Positions 19,445 to 28,861 of a DNA stretch of 64,000 nt are shown one piece after another. A program made the position numbers and the translations under genes. Source of the DNA: a bacterium (GTDB taxonomy: Bacteria; Patescibacteriota; CPR2; UBA1875; JAJYID01); the NCBI GenBank assembly GCA_021787535.1, contig JAJYLR010000001.1, forward strand, positions 83,648 to 147,647, in the 5' to 3' direction. The notes below the pieces were generated by a model. The model was not told the DNA's origin, ran no database searches, and was given only the letters and a program-made list of their open reading frames with translations. How positions within the stretch are numbered: position 1 is the first letter of the stretch; each line of letters starts with the position of its first letter.

Positions 19445-20614
19445 ATGAAGAGCATAAAAAACGCTAACTTAAAAGGTAAAAAAGTCATCATAAGGACTGA
19501 CTTTAATGTGCCTTTGGAAAACGGTAAAATCACAGACGATTCGAAGATTCAAGAGGTCATTCCAACGATAGAATATATCTTAAAATCAGGCGGTTCTATC
19601 ATTGTTATTTCTCACTTGGGTAGACCGGAGGGCAAGCGGGTTAGCGCTCTTTCACTAAAACCGGTTGCCAGAGGGCTAGAGAAACTTTTAGGCAAGAAGG
19701 TTATTTTCGTACCGGAAACTATCGGAGCAAAAGCGCGAGAAAGCGCTTCAAAGCTCAAACCCGGTCAAGTCTTGATGCTCGAAAATCTAAGATTTAGCGC
19801 TCAGGAGGAGCTGGGAGATCCTGAGTTTGCCAAAAAGCTGGCCGGTCTCGGGGATATATTTGTTCAGGAAGCATTTTCCTCAGCTCATCGTTCTCATGCC
19901 TCAATGCTTGCTATAACAAAGTTTTTGCCGTCATACGCCGGACTTCATTTCGAGGAAGAATACACGCATCTTACGAAAATCCTTAAAGAGCCGAAAAAAC
20001 CCTTTGTATTTGTTGCCGGGGGTAAAAAGGCCGGGACGAAAATTCAGTTGCTTGAAAAAATTATCGGTAAAGCCGATGTCGTATTGCTCGGGGGAGGCGT
20101 GGCCGATACCTTCCTCGTTGCCGAGGGTTACGAGATCGGCAAATCCTTTTATGAAGAAGATCATGTGAGTGATGCTGAGAGGGTCTTAAGGGAATCCTTT
20201 GACGGAGGTACCGAAATTCTTTTCCCTTCTGATGTGGTAACCGCTAAAAATGTATCCAAAGAAGCGAGAGTAGAAGAAAAAGATGTGGAACAAATGAACG
20301 GTAGTGATATAATCGTAGATATCGGACCTAAAACGGTTTCAAAGTATGCCCAACCAATAAAGTTTGCCGGCACTATCTTCTGGAACGGACCTATGGGTAT
20401 CGCTGAGTTTCCTAAATTTTCCGGCGGTACAAAAGCCATCGCAAGCATGATTGGCGAAACAGACACAGTTTCTGTGATTGGCGGCGGTGACACTCTATCT
20501 GCACTTAAAAATTTAGGTGCTATAGAAGATTTTACATATGTCTCAACTGCAGGGGGAGCGCTTATGGCTTTCTTATCGGGTGAAAAAATGCCGGTCATTG
20601 AAGCGCTCAGGTGA
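19445..20614 (+). CDS. pgk: Phosphoglycerate kinase
   Basis: IIRTDFNVP, an ISHLGRP-like motif and the C-terminal GGGDT motif. Confidence 0.95.
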   Translation: MKSIKNANLKGKKVIIRTDFNVPLENGKITDDSKIQEVIPTIEYILKSGGSIIVISHLGRPEGKRVSALSLKPVARGLEKLLGKKVIFVPETIGAKARESASKLKPGQVLMLENLRFSAQEELGDPEFAKKLAGLGDIFVQEAFSSAHRSHASMLAITKFLPSYAGLHFEEEYTHLTKILKEPKKPFVFVAGGKKAGTKIQLLEKIIGKADVVLLGGGVADTFLVAEGYEIGKSFYEEDHVSDAERVLRESFDGGTEILFPSDVVTAKNVSKEARVEEKDVEQMNGSDIIVDIGPKTVSKYAQPIKFAGTIFWNGPMGIAEFPKFSGGTKAIASMIGETDTVSVIGGGDTLSALKNLGAIEDFTYVSTAGGALMAFLSGEKMPVIEALR

Positions 20615-20656
20615 GTATAGAGTATGCAGTATTGGGTATTGGGGGTTGTCACACTC

Positions 20657-20703
20657 TATCATTCCGAGCGACTTCGCGGTAGCGACGAGCCGAGGAATCC
20701 CTT
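20657..20703. repeat. Palindromic element, type C (GTCATTCCGAGCG...CGAGGAATCCC), intergenic copy
   Basis: tcattccgagcgacttcgcggtagcgacgagccgaggaatccc. The same element occurs inverted at 37801-37848 and as variants inside uvrD and acs. Confidence 0.8.
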
Positions 20704-20735
20704 TTCAATAATGTAATTTAAAATATGATTTATAT

Positions 20736-20763
20736 AGATTCCCGCCTGCGCGGGAATGACAAA
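20736..20763. repeat. Palindromic element, type B (GATTCCCGCCTGCGCGGGAATGAC), intergenic copy
   Basis: Identical or near-identical copies at 38295-38320 (in ppsA) and 54436-54463 (in uvrD). Confidence 0.85.
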
Positions 20764-20797
20764 TAAGAGAAACAGGAATGACAAGTAAAGGAGCATT

Positions 20798-21586
20798 ATG
20801 GCTAAAAGAAAAAAGATTGTAATTGCAAACTGGAAAATGAATCTGACTGTTCCGGAAAGTACAGTATTAATTGAAAAACTCAAAAAAGAAATTTCGGGAA
20901 ATCTTCAACTGGAAGTAGCGGTGTGTCCCAGTTTTGTTGATATTTATTCAGCTTCAGCAGAATTAAAGAATTCCAAGATTAGCATTGGCGCACAAAACGT
21001 AGCTGAAGAGGAAAAAGGTTCTTATACCGGCGAAGTATCAGTACTGGCCCTTAAAGGTTTTGTGAAATATATCTTGGTGGGGCATTCGGAGAGAAGAAAT
21101 ATTTTCGGAGAAAACGATAAAGTGGTTGCGGGTAAAGCTGAAACAGTGGTGCGCCATGATATGACGCCGGTAATTTGTGTAGGCGAAACTTTACATGAAA
21201 GAGAAGATAAACTTTCTAAGATAGTAGTACTGTCTCAGCTCGAAGCATCATGCAAACAGTTGACGGCTGAAGAGATTTCCGAAAGTATCATCGCATATGA
21301 ACCAGTCTGGGCGATCGGTACCGGTCACGTTTGCTTACCAGAAGAAGCTGAAAAAATAGCAGCAGATATTCGAGGTCTTATTAAGTCTCTTTATGGCGAG
21401 AAAGCTGCCAGATTAGTGCATATTCTCTATGGCGGCAGCGTGACGGCAAAAACGGCGAAGGATTTTAGATATGCCAAAAATATCGATGGACTGCTCGTTG
21501 GCGGTGCCAGCCTGGATCATCATGAGTTTGCGGCAATAGTTAAAAATTTTTCATCAGAGAAGAAACCAAAAAAGGGTAGGAAATGA
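20798..21586 (+). CDS. tpiA: Triosephosphate isomerase
   Basis: The IANWKMN N-terminus, the GHSERR catalytic region and AYEPVWAIGTG. Confidence 0.9.
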   Translation: MAKRKKIVIANWKMNLTVPESTVLIEKLKKEISGNLQLEVAVCPSFVDIYSASAELKNSKISIGAQNVAEEEKGSYTGEVSVLALKGFVKYILVGHSERRNIFGENDKVVAGKAETVVRHDMTPVICVGETLHEREDKLSKIVVLSQLEASCKQLTAEEISESIIAYEPVWAIGTGHVCLPEEAEKIAADIRGLIKSLYGEKAARLVHILYGGSVTAKTAKDFRYAKNIDGLLVGGASLDHHEFAAIVKNFSSEKKPKKGRK

Positions 21587-22425
21587 TCGTTACTGCTAAA
21601 GATCTCTTAATTAAAGCAAGAGCAGGCAGGTACGCGATAGGAGCATTTAATACCTCAGATCTCGAAATAACCAAGGGAATTTTAGAGGCAGCTTTGGAGT
21701 TAAAATCGCCGGTTATTATTGAAACGTCTGAGGGTGAGGCACATTTTGAGGGATATCGAGTTTTCGTTGACAGCGTTCGTGATATGGCAGAAGACTTAAG
21801 CGTTGATGTTGCTATCAATCTGGATCACGGCAAGAGCTTTGAAAGTGTGAAGTATGCCATTGAGTCCGGTTACTCATCTGTACACATTGATTGTTCACTT
21901 CTGTCTAAAGCGGAAAACATTGCAGTGACAAAAAAAGTGGTTGAGTTTGCTCACTCGCGGGGCGTTTCGGTTGAGGGAGAATTCGGCCATGTCGGCGGAA
22001 GCAGCGAGATTCACGAAGGTGAACAGCCCCAAGATGGTACATTAACTGATCCTCAGGAAGCAGCCGATTACATTAAACAAACAGGGGTTGATATCTTCGC
22101 CGGTTCATATGGAAATATTCATGGTGTTTACAAAAATCCGCCGCATCTTGATATAGAAAGAATCAAGAAAATTGCAGAGGAATCCGGATTGCCGCTTTCC
22201 CTTCACGGGGGTTCAGGTATCCCGGACGACCAAATTAAAGCGGCAATTCAAGCCGGGATTTGCAAAATCAATGTCAATACTGAGATTAGAAAAGCTTACA
22301 GAGAAGCACTTGATAAAGCATTAAGGAACAAAGTTGCGGAAATAGTACCGTACAAATATATGCCGGAAGCCATTAACGCAGTCAAAGAAGTTGTAAGGCA
22401 GAAAATTTCATTATTTCATGCCTAG
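21583..22425 (+). CDS. fba: Class II fructose-bisphosphate aldolase
   Basis: YAIGAFN, LDHG and HGGSG class II FBA signatures. Its start overlaps the tpiA stop. Confidence 0.85.
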   Translation: MIVTAKDLLIKARAGRYAIGAFNTSDLEITKGILEAALELKSPVIIETSEGEAHFEGYRVFVDSVRDMAEDLSVDVAINLDHGKSFESVKYAIESGYSSVHIDCSLLSKAENIAVTKKVVEFAHSRGVSVEGEFGHVGGSSEIHEGEQPQDGTLTDPQEAADYIKQTGVDIFAGSYGNIHGVYKNPPHLDIERIKKIAEESGLPLSLHGGSGIPDDQIKAAIQAGICKINVNTEIRKAYREALDKALRNKVAEIVPYKYMPEAINAVKEVVRQKISLFHA

Positions 22426-22483
22426 TTTCGGGCTTGCAGTTTAAGCAATGTTCTGATAACATAAACTATATAAAAAAGGAGAT

Positions 22484-22945
22484 GTGATGAAGAAAAATAA
22501 TTTAACGTCCAAAAATGTTCTGATAGCAGTTTTAATCCTCGCGCTTTTGGCAGCGGGAGGATATGCTCTTTCACATAAAATTGAAGAACATTTTAACAAA
22601 GAGAGAACGGCAAGTGTTACACAACAAATCGATAGCAGTAAATATCAGGCAGTATTTTTAACAAACGGGCAGGTTTACTTCGGCAAACTTCAGGATAATG
22701 GCGGCGATTATGTAAAACTCACCGATATTTACTATCTTCAGAACCAAGATCAGAATAAGGTCCAGCCAAAAGATCAAAACTCTAATAATCAATCAAATCT
22801 AACCTTAATAAAGCTTGGCAAAGAGCTGCATGCTCCTGAGGATATGATGGAAATCTCACGACAACAGGTTCTTTTCTGGGAAAATATTCAAGATAACGGT
22901 AAGGTAGCTCAAGCTATCAAACAGTATAAAACGAATAATAAATAA
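22484..22945 (+). CDS. Membrane-anchored hypothetical protein (153 aa)
   Basis: N-terminal TM helix VLIAVLILALLAAGGYAL and an aaggag RBS. Confidence 0.4.
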   Translation: MMKKNNLTSKNVLIAVLILALLAAGGYALSHKIEEHFNKERTASVTQQIDSSKYQAVFLTNGQVYFGKLQDNGGDYVKLTDIYYLQNQDQNKVQPKDQNSNNQSNLTLIKLGKELHAPEDMMEISRQQVLFWENIQDNGKVAQAIKQYKTNNK

Positions 22946-22956
22946 TACATCCTGTC

Positions 22957-23035
22957 ATCCTTGGGCTTGACCCGAGGATCTAGATTCCCGCCGGAGTTTA
23001 TGCTGAGCTAGATTCAGTGCGGAAATGACAAGGGA
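22957..23035. repeat. Composite palindromic element cluster (type C-like plus type B-like variants) in the intergenic DNA after 22484-22945
   Basis: ctgtcatccttgggcttgacccgaggatc followed by gattcccgccgg...cggaaatgacaag. Confidence 0.6.
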
Positions 23036-23110
23036 ATAACAGCATAAAAAAATTGCTCACTCTCAAAACGGGCAATTTTTTATTGGCGGACGAAGTTTTT
23101 GAAAAAAATC

Positions 23111-23139
23111 TTGTGATGATGATTATGATTATCTATAAT
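23111..23139 (+). promoter_or_regulatory. Sigma70-like promoter (TTGTGA-17-TATAAT) for the first giant surface-protein gene
   Basis: ttgtga at 23111-23116, a 17-nt spacer, tataat at 23134-23139, then the ATG at 23163. Confidence 0.5.
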
Positions 23140-23162
23140 TTATTCATAACCGGAACAAGTTT

Positions 23163-26100
23163 ATGTACAGTGTGACTAAGGTATCAATTATCAAGCTTTT
23201 TATAGCAGCAGCTATCCTGATTATTGCGGGTTATCTTGCTGTTTATGAACTTACTCTCCACCAGGTGTATCAAAAATACAAAGCACAGCAAACTTCAGGC
23301 GGAAACATTCCTGTTTCAAATACTGACCTCTCCAAAGATTACGTTTCTCTAAAGGGCGGCAACCCTCAAGCCGGCGCTATCAATGTTAGCGGTGATATTG
23401 CCGGCAATGATGTCCAGGGGCAAACCATTACCTCAACCGTTCAGAATGGAACATCTCCGCTTAATGTCACTTCATCAACCTTAGTTAACAACCTTAATGC
23501 TGACATGGTGGACGGCAAGCACGCAGATGAATTAACCAAAACAACCGTAAACAATATTACAAACACTACAACAGGTGAATCTATCCAGCCGGGAACAACA
23601 GGCCAATACTACCGCGGCGATAAATCCTGGCAGACCTTAAATTCTTCTGCTGTCGGTCTTGGAAATGTCGAGAATACAGCTCTTTCGACATGGACGGGAT
23701 CAAACCAAGTTGCCATTTTAGGAACCGTCACTTCCGGAACCTGGAACGCTGGTGCAATCAACGCGGCCGGTTCTATTACCGGTACAGCTCTCCAAGGCAC
23801 ATCTCTAAACCTTGGCTCTGGCACTATTATCGCAGGAACTATCAATGGCGCAACTATCTCGGGAGGCACATTATCCGGCGGCAATATTTCAGGCGGAACA
23901 GTGCAGGGCGGAACTCTTTCTTCAACTGCCGTCAATGGCGTAACTACAGCAAATATCTTAATCAACACCGGCTCATACTCTGACCCGTCATGGCTACAAG
24001 GTCTTGCCGGTTCAAAGATTACCGGAGATATATCAGGAAATGCCAGTGGCCTTACCGGCACACCAAATATCACCGTCGGTACCATTAGCTCCGGAAATAT
24101 TACATCTTCAGGGACGCTTAGTATTACAGGAACAGGGAATTCATCGGTAGCTGGGAATTTAGGTGTTAACAGTTTACTTACGCCGGAAAGTCTTGGGCCT
24201 GAGCTCGATCCAAACCCTACGCTTGATAACAATTGTAACGGCTGGACAATAGGAGGCCCGGATTGGGTATGCCACGGCAACTATTACTCGCATGATTCTT
24301 ACGGAACCAGCTATACTTATTTAACTAATGGGATACCATCTGTAATCGGACAAGTCTATAAGCTGACTTTCACGGTATCCGGCTACTCTGCGGGAAGCTT
24401 CGATTTCTATGTTGCGGGAGATAGAACGCCTACCATAACAGCAAATGGCACTTATACTTTTTATCTTAAAGCGCGCTATGCCAATGATTGGTTCTTTCCA
24501 GAACAAACTGCGAACTCTCTTTTTGCATTAGATAACATCTACCTCGAGGCGCAAAACGCGCTACCCGTATATTCAACAATAACTGCCGGCGATGTAGTAA
24601 CAAGAGGCGGATCAAAAACTGATGTTAGGGCATTTGGCGCAAAATGCGACGGCGTGACGGATGATTCAGCTGCAATTCAAGCAGCTGAAGATAGTCTGCC
24701 TTATAACGGCGGTACGTTATTCTTTCCGGCGGGTACCTGTATTGGTCATTTCACGGTCAAATCCAATGTCCACATCATGGGCAGCGGCATTGAAGCTACT
24801 GTTTTAAAATTGCCCAATGGTGCCAATACTGACGTGATTAATACGCAAGATTTTAATAACCTAACGGGTACTGATAGTCAAAGAGGTGCCTTAAGGGTGA
24901 CTCTTGAAAATATAACTTTAGATGGCAACAAAGGTAACAATTCCAGCGGATATTGTCTCAAAAAGTACGGTGCTCAATGGAATATCCATGATACTGTTTT
25001 CAGAAACGGCGCAAGCGGAGGTATGTATGCAGAATGGGGAACTTATCTGGGCATACCTTATGGCGCTGACTCTATGGAGGATAAATGGAGTAATATCTGG
25101 GTTCATGATAACAATGGCGCTTACGCTATTTGGATGAAAGGACCCCATGATAGCGTAATGACAAACTCGCTAATATATGCAAATGCCGGCAGCGGAATTT
25201 TTATAGATCATTCAGGGAGTACGTTTAATGGCGGGGGATTAACTATCAATGATACGCATATTTGGGGCAACTCCACCACTGGTTATGGCATTCTCTCAGA
25301 TACGGCGCTTCGAATGAACGGAGATATCGTTGAAGGAGAAAGCGGCAGCGGCGGTGTAGGGATTAGGATGTACCAAAATTACGATACAGGTGTCCTTACT
25401 GCTACCAATCTCGAGATTTTTGGCAACGAAACTGGCATATTACTCGATGCAAATACCCAGAGAAACAATATTTCTGGTGTCTATGTGCATGAAAATACAA
25501 ATGGCATTAAGGTTTTAAGCAATGAAAATAACATAACCGGAGCTTTAATTACCTGGCAAACTTCAGGTACGGGCTTAATTATGGGTGACGGAACTCATGT
25601 TGTTTCCAATAACAATATTGAAGGAAAGTTTTATAATAATGCAACCAGCATTAATTGGGGCAATCCTTCAAACACTAACGATTCTATTGATGCTTTGATA
25701 TCGACATCAGGCGGACAAACTGCTCTTTCGGGTAGCCCCTCAAGCACTAACAAGTTAAATATCTTGTCAGCAGGTTCTGGCGCCAATACTTCACTTACCA
25801 ATATTGCCGGTCAATTATCCATTGAGTCCGCCCAAACCTCTGGCAATCTCACCACGATCGCAGCACCCTCTGCCGTAACTGCAACGGGTGACATTGTAGG
25901 CCAGAGAATTGATCTCCGAAGTAACTACACGATTTCTAATCATCAGGTAACAGGATCATGGCTATCTATGCCGAATGTGACAAACTCCAGTGCAACCAGT
26001 GCGTGGTACAATGCATACTATGTTGATGGCGGTTCACTGCAAAATGCCGGTATAGGCAATGATTATTGGACGGGTTTTGGTTACCAAGAACCCAACATTA

Positions 26101-28784
26101 CAACCACATCATCGGGTTCAATAACATCAGTCGGCATAGAACTTTATAAACCGAGCACGATCAGCGGAGCCAATGCTCATAACTATAGTATTATAGTTGA
26201 TCCCGGCGCGGGCAATGTCGGCATCGGTACCACAGCGCCAGCTAGTCTTTTAACTGTAAATGCTCCGGTGACGACTGATAGTTCCACGGTAACTGCCATG
26301 ATTACCTCGGCTAATGCCGCCAACAAAGGGCTGGTAGTCCAAGGTTATACTTCTCAAACAGCTGATTTAATCCAGGCACAGAGTTCGCTTGGAGCGGTGC
26401 TTTTTAGTGTTGATAATTCAGGCAACATTACAACTAGCGGTAATACCGCCAAAACAATCGCAGAGGCGCGCAATACTTCAAATGCTGCGGGAAACAATCT
26501 GACGGTGCAGAGCGGCGGGGCATACGCTGGCGGTACCGATCTAAATGGCGGAAACCTGATAGCTGCCTCGGGTATTTCCACGGGACTCGGGTCGTCTAAC
26601 ATCTATCTTCAGACAGCTTCGGGTACAGGGTCTATTTCGAGCGTTAATGCAACTCCGACGACAAGCGGCAGCGGCTATAGTTTGAATGATATTTTGACTA
26701 TTTCGGAAGGTTCCGGGGGACAGGTTAAAGTTACAGGCGTCAGCAGCGGCCAGGTTACTGCTGTGACTTTGTATGCCGCTGGCATTGGCTATACAACAGG
26801 GACAGGCAAGGTGACTACCGGAGGTACGGGGACGGGTTGTTCGATTAATATTACAGGTGTGTCGAGCGGGACAACCGATCAAACGCCGAGCACAAAGATG
26901 ACCATTCTAGGAAACGGGAATGTCGGCATAGGCACCACGGCTCCCGGTGCCAAACTGACAATCCAGGGGAATGCTGTCAACAACGGCGCTGCTCCAATTA
27001 TGGAAATTCAAGACAGCACCGGAGCCGAACTCTTCAGAATTAATGCAAATGTAGTAGACAACCTCTTCATCGGCAACTCAGCTGGTAATGCCATTCAGAC
27101 GCCGGGTGTTTCCACTCAAGGGCTCTATGATACATTTATCGGCACTTATTCCGGTATGCATAATACCACAGGACACTACAACACCTTTATCGGTAACAGA
27201 TCGGGATCGGAGGATACAACCGGCGATCACAACACCGCGATCGGGATGCAAAGCGGGTACAATATTACCACCGGACAATATAATACTTATCTAGGAATAA
27301 CTGCCGGTCAGGATGGGACGACTGCCAATCACAATGTTGCTATAGGCGACTATGCGGGTATAGGCAATGTCAACGGCGATAAAAATATCTTTGTCGGTAG
27401 TTACTCTGGCTACAACCGGCTGATGGGTATCGGGGAGATATTACAAGGTTACAATGCCGGCAGTTCCGGCAAGTCCGGCGGGTACAACATTAGTCTAGGA
27501 GTAAACTCTCTGTATAATGATTATGATGGTATCGGCAATGTTTCCTTAGGCACTTATTCGCTGTTTAGCAATAAATCCTCGACAGATAAGTCGATTACGG
27601 GCTTTGCCAACTATTCAGGCAGTGAAAAGGTCACTACCTTAAACCCTCATGGGCTGGCAGTCGGCGACTCTGTATATATTACCTTTAACTCAATGGCATC
27701 AACTGAACTGACGCATAGTGCGCTCTATACGGTACAAAGTGTGATAGATGCCAATGACTTTACTATTGCCAGAACATACGACTCTGCCAATGACCTGAAG
27801 GGCTACTGGGAAAGAGGTGCCACACTTTCAGATAACGGCAGCGGCAAGGTGAGAGTAACTTCAAACAACCATGGCGTGCCAAACGGAGGCCTTGTTATCC
27901 TTGGAGGAACGGGAGCAAATTCATCTTATGATGGTATGCATACAGCTACGCTTATAGATGCAAACCATTTCGATCTGACGGATTTAACTTATTCATCCAG
28001 CTATACAACGGGCTGGTTTGAATACGAGCCGCAATCAGGGAATAACACCGCTGTCGGAAGCTATGCCGGCTATGCCAATACAACCGGCTATAATAATACT
28101 TTTCTTGGCTACAATGCCGGCAATGCCGGCACGACAGGCACGCTGCAGAATGCTGCGGCTATCGGATATAACGCCCAAGTTACGGAAAGCAATGCTATAG
28201 TCTTGGGCGGTACGGGCTCAAGTGCGGTCAATGTTGGCATTGGCACAACTGCCCCGGGTGCTAACCTGGAGATTGATAGCAATGCTGCAGGTACTATCGT
28301 TCAGATCATTAAGGCGTATTCCGGTCAGACCGCAGATCTTTTGGAGATCCAGGGCTCTGATACCAGCGTTTTAGCGAAGATTGATGCATCCGGCAACCTG
28401 ACGGCAAAGGCCGCATCATTTACCGGAACACTCACCGTGACAGGTCACTTTAAATCAACCCAAACAACAGCTCCGACGATAGGTACGCCGACAAGCTGCG
28501 GTACGACACCGACTGCTGCAGTGACTGCCGGTTCAACCGACTCAGCTGGATCATTAACCATCACTGCCGGTACTGGTGCTCCTGGTAACTGCGCTGCTCA
28601 AATAACCTTTAATACTGCCTATGGCGCTGCCCCTAAGTCAATTATTCTGACGCCAAGTACTGCAACCGGTCCGGCTAAACAAGCATATATTTCTGCTAGT
28701 TCTGCTACCACATTCACAGTTACATTTGGAACGGCTCCGACTGCTTCTGAAGCTAATACTTTCTACTACTGGGTTGTAGAATGA
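23163..28784 (+). CDS. Giant surface protein (1873 aa) with an N-terminal signal-anchor, a pectate-lyase-superfamily right-handed beta-helix (tailspike/depolymerase-like) and tail-fibre-like NTxxG repeats
   Basis: VRAFGAKCDGVTDDSAAIQAAEDSLPYNGGTLFFPAGTC is the hallmark N-terminus of the pectate-lyase-3 beta-helix family. Repeated xNTxxGxxAG units lie between aa ~1300 and 1480. The N-terminus is hydrophobic: IIKLFIAAAILIIAGYLAVY. Confidence 0.8.
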   Translation: MYSVTKVSIIKLFIAAAILIIAGYLAVYELTLHQVYQKYKAQQTSGGNIPVSNTDLSKDYVSLKGGNPQAGAINVSGDIAGNDVQGQTITSTVQNGTSPLNVTSSTLVNNLNADMVDGKHADELTKTTVNNITNTTTGESIQPGTTGQYYRGDKSWQTLNSSAVGLGNVENTALSTWTGSNQVAILGTVTSGTWNAGAINAAGSITGTALQGTSLNLGSGTIIAGTINGATISGGTLSGGNISGGTVQGGTLSSTAVNGVTTANILINTGSYSDPSWLQGLAGSKITGDISGNASGLTGTPNITVGTISSGNITSSGTLSITGTGNSSVAGNLGVNSLLTPESLGPELDPNPTLDNNCNGWTIGGPDWVCHGNYYSHDSYGTSYTYLTNGIPSVIGQVYKLTFTVSGYSAGSFDFYVAGDRTPTITANGTYTFYLKARYANDWFFPEQTANSLFALDNIYLEAQNALPVYSTITAGDVVTRGGSKTDVRAFGAKCDGVTDDSAAIQAAEDSLPYNGGTLFFPAGTCIGHFTVKSNVHIMGSGIEATVLKLPNGANTDVINTQDFNNLTGTDSQRGALRVTLENITLDGNKGNNSSGYCLKKYGAQWNIHDTVFRNGASGGMYAEWGTYLGIPYGADSMEDKWSNIWVHDNNGAYAIWMKGPHDSVMTNSLIYANAGSGIFIDHSGSTFNGGGLTINDTHIWGNSTTGYGILSDTALRMNGDIVEGESGSGGVGIRMYQNYDTGVLTATNLEIFGNETGILLDANTQRNNISGVYVHENTNGIKVLSNENNITGALITWQTSGTGLIMGDGTHVVSNNNIEGKFYNNATSINWGNPSNTNDSIDALISTSGGQTALSGSPSSTNKLNILSAGSGANTSLTNIAGQLSIESAQTSGNLTTIAAPSAVTATGDIVGQRIDLRSNYTISNHQVTGSWLSMPNVTNSSATSAWYNAYYVDGGSLQNAGIGNDYWTGFGYQEPNITTTSSGSITSVGIELYKPSTISGANAHNYSIIVDPGAGNVGIGTTAPASLLTVNAPVTTDSSTVTAMITSANAANKGLVVQGYTSQTADLIQAQSSLGAVLFSVDNSGNITTSGNTAKTIAEARNTSNAAGNNLTVQSGGAYAGGTDLNGGNLIAASGISTGLGSSNIYLQTASGTGSISSVNATPTTSGSGYSLNDILTISEGSGGQVKVTGVSSGQVTAVTLYAAGIGYTTGTGKVTTGGTGTGCSINITGVSSGTTDQTPSTKMTILGNGNVGIGTTAPGAKLTIQGNAVNNGAAPIMEIQDSTGAELFRINANVVDNLFIGNSAGNAIQTPGVSTQGLYDTFIGTYSGMHNTTGHYNTFIGNRSGSEDTTGDHNTAIGMQSGYNITTGQYNTYLGITAGQDGTTANHNVAIGDYAGIGNVNGDKNIFVGSYSGYNRLMGIGEILQGYNAGSSGKSGGYNISLGVNSLYNDYDGIGNVSLGTYSLFSNKSSTDKSITGFANYSGSEKVTTLNPHGLAVGDSVYITFNSMASTELTHSALYTVQSVIDANDFTIARTYDSANDLKGYWERGATLSDNGSGKVRVTSNNHGVPNGGLVILGGTGANSSYDGMHTATLIDANHFDLTDLTYSSSYTTGWFEYEPQSGNNTAVGSYAGYANTTGYNNTFLGYNAGNAGTTGTLQNAAAIGYNAQVTESNAIVLGGTGSSAVNVGIGTTAPGANLEIDSNAAGTIVQIIKAYSGQTADLLEIQGSDTSVLAKIDASGNLTAKAASFTGTLTVTGHFKSTQTTAPTIGTPTSCGTTPTAAVTAGSTDSAGSLTITAGTGAPGNCAAQITFNTAYGAAPKSIILTPSTATGPAKQAYISASSATTFTVTFGTAPTASEANTFYYWVVE
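23403..23800. repeat. 398-bp tract 100% identical to 29102-29499 in the downstream paralog (recent gene conversion or duplication)
   Basis: Base-by-base comparison of the two listings across all lines in this interval. Flanks diverge immediately at 23402/29101 and at 23801/29500. Confidence 0.9.
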
Positions 28785-28861
28785 TTTTGGTGTTGACGTG
28801 GGAAAAGATTATGTTTACACTGAGGTTCTATACTTTTCTAGTATGTGAAGAGATTTAATGA

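Noticed and set aside
23403-23800. The 398-bp perfect repeat as evidence of two full gene copies being assembly duplicates
   Set aside because: Identity is confined to 398 bp with abrupt divergence on both sides, and the genes differ in length by ~580 codons. It is consistent with gene conversion, though an assembly artefact inside the tract itself cannot be excluded without reads.
23609-24280. Minus-strand ORFs overlapping the giant genes (23609-24280, 29308-29730, 26541-26882 and others)
   Set aside because: They are antisense to long, well-supported CDSs, are Pro/Val-rich with odd composition, and mirror the high-GC third-position pattern of the sense frame.
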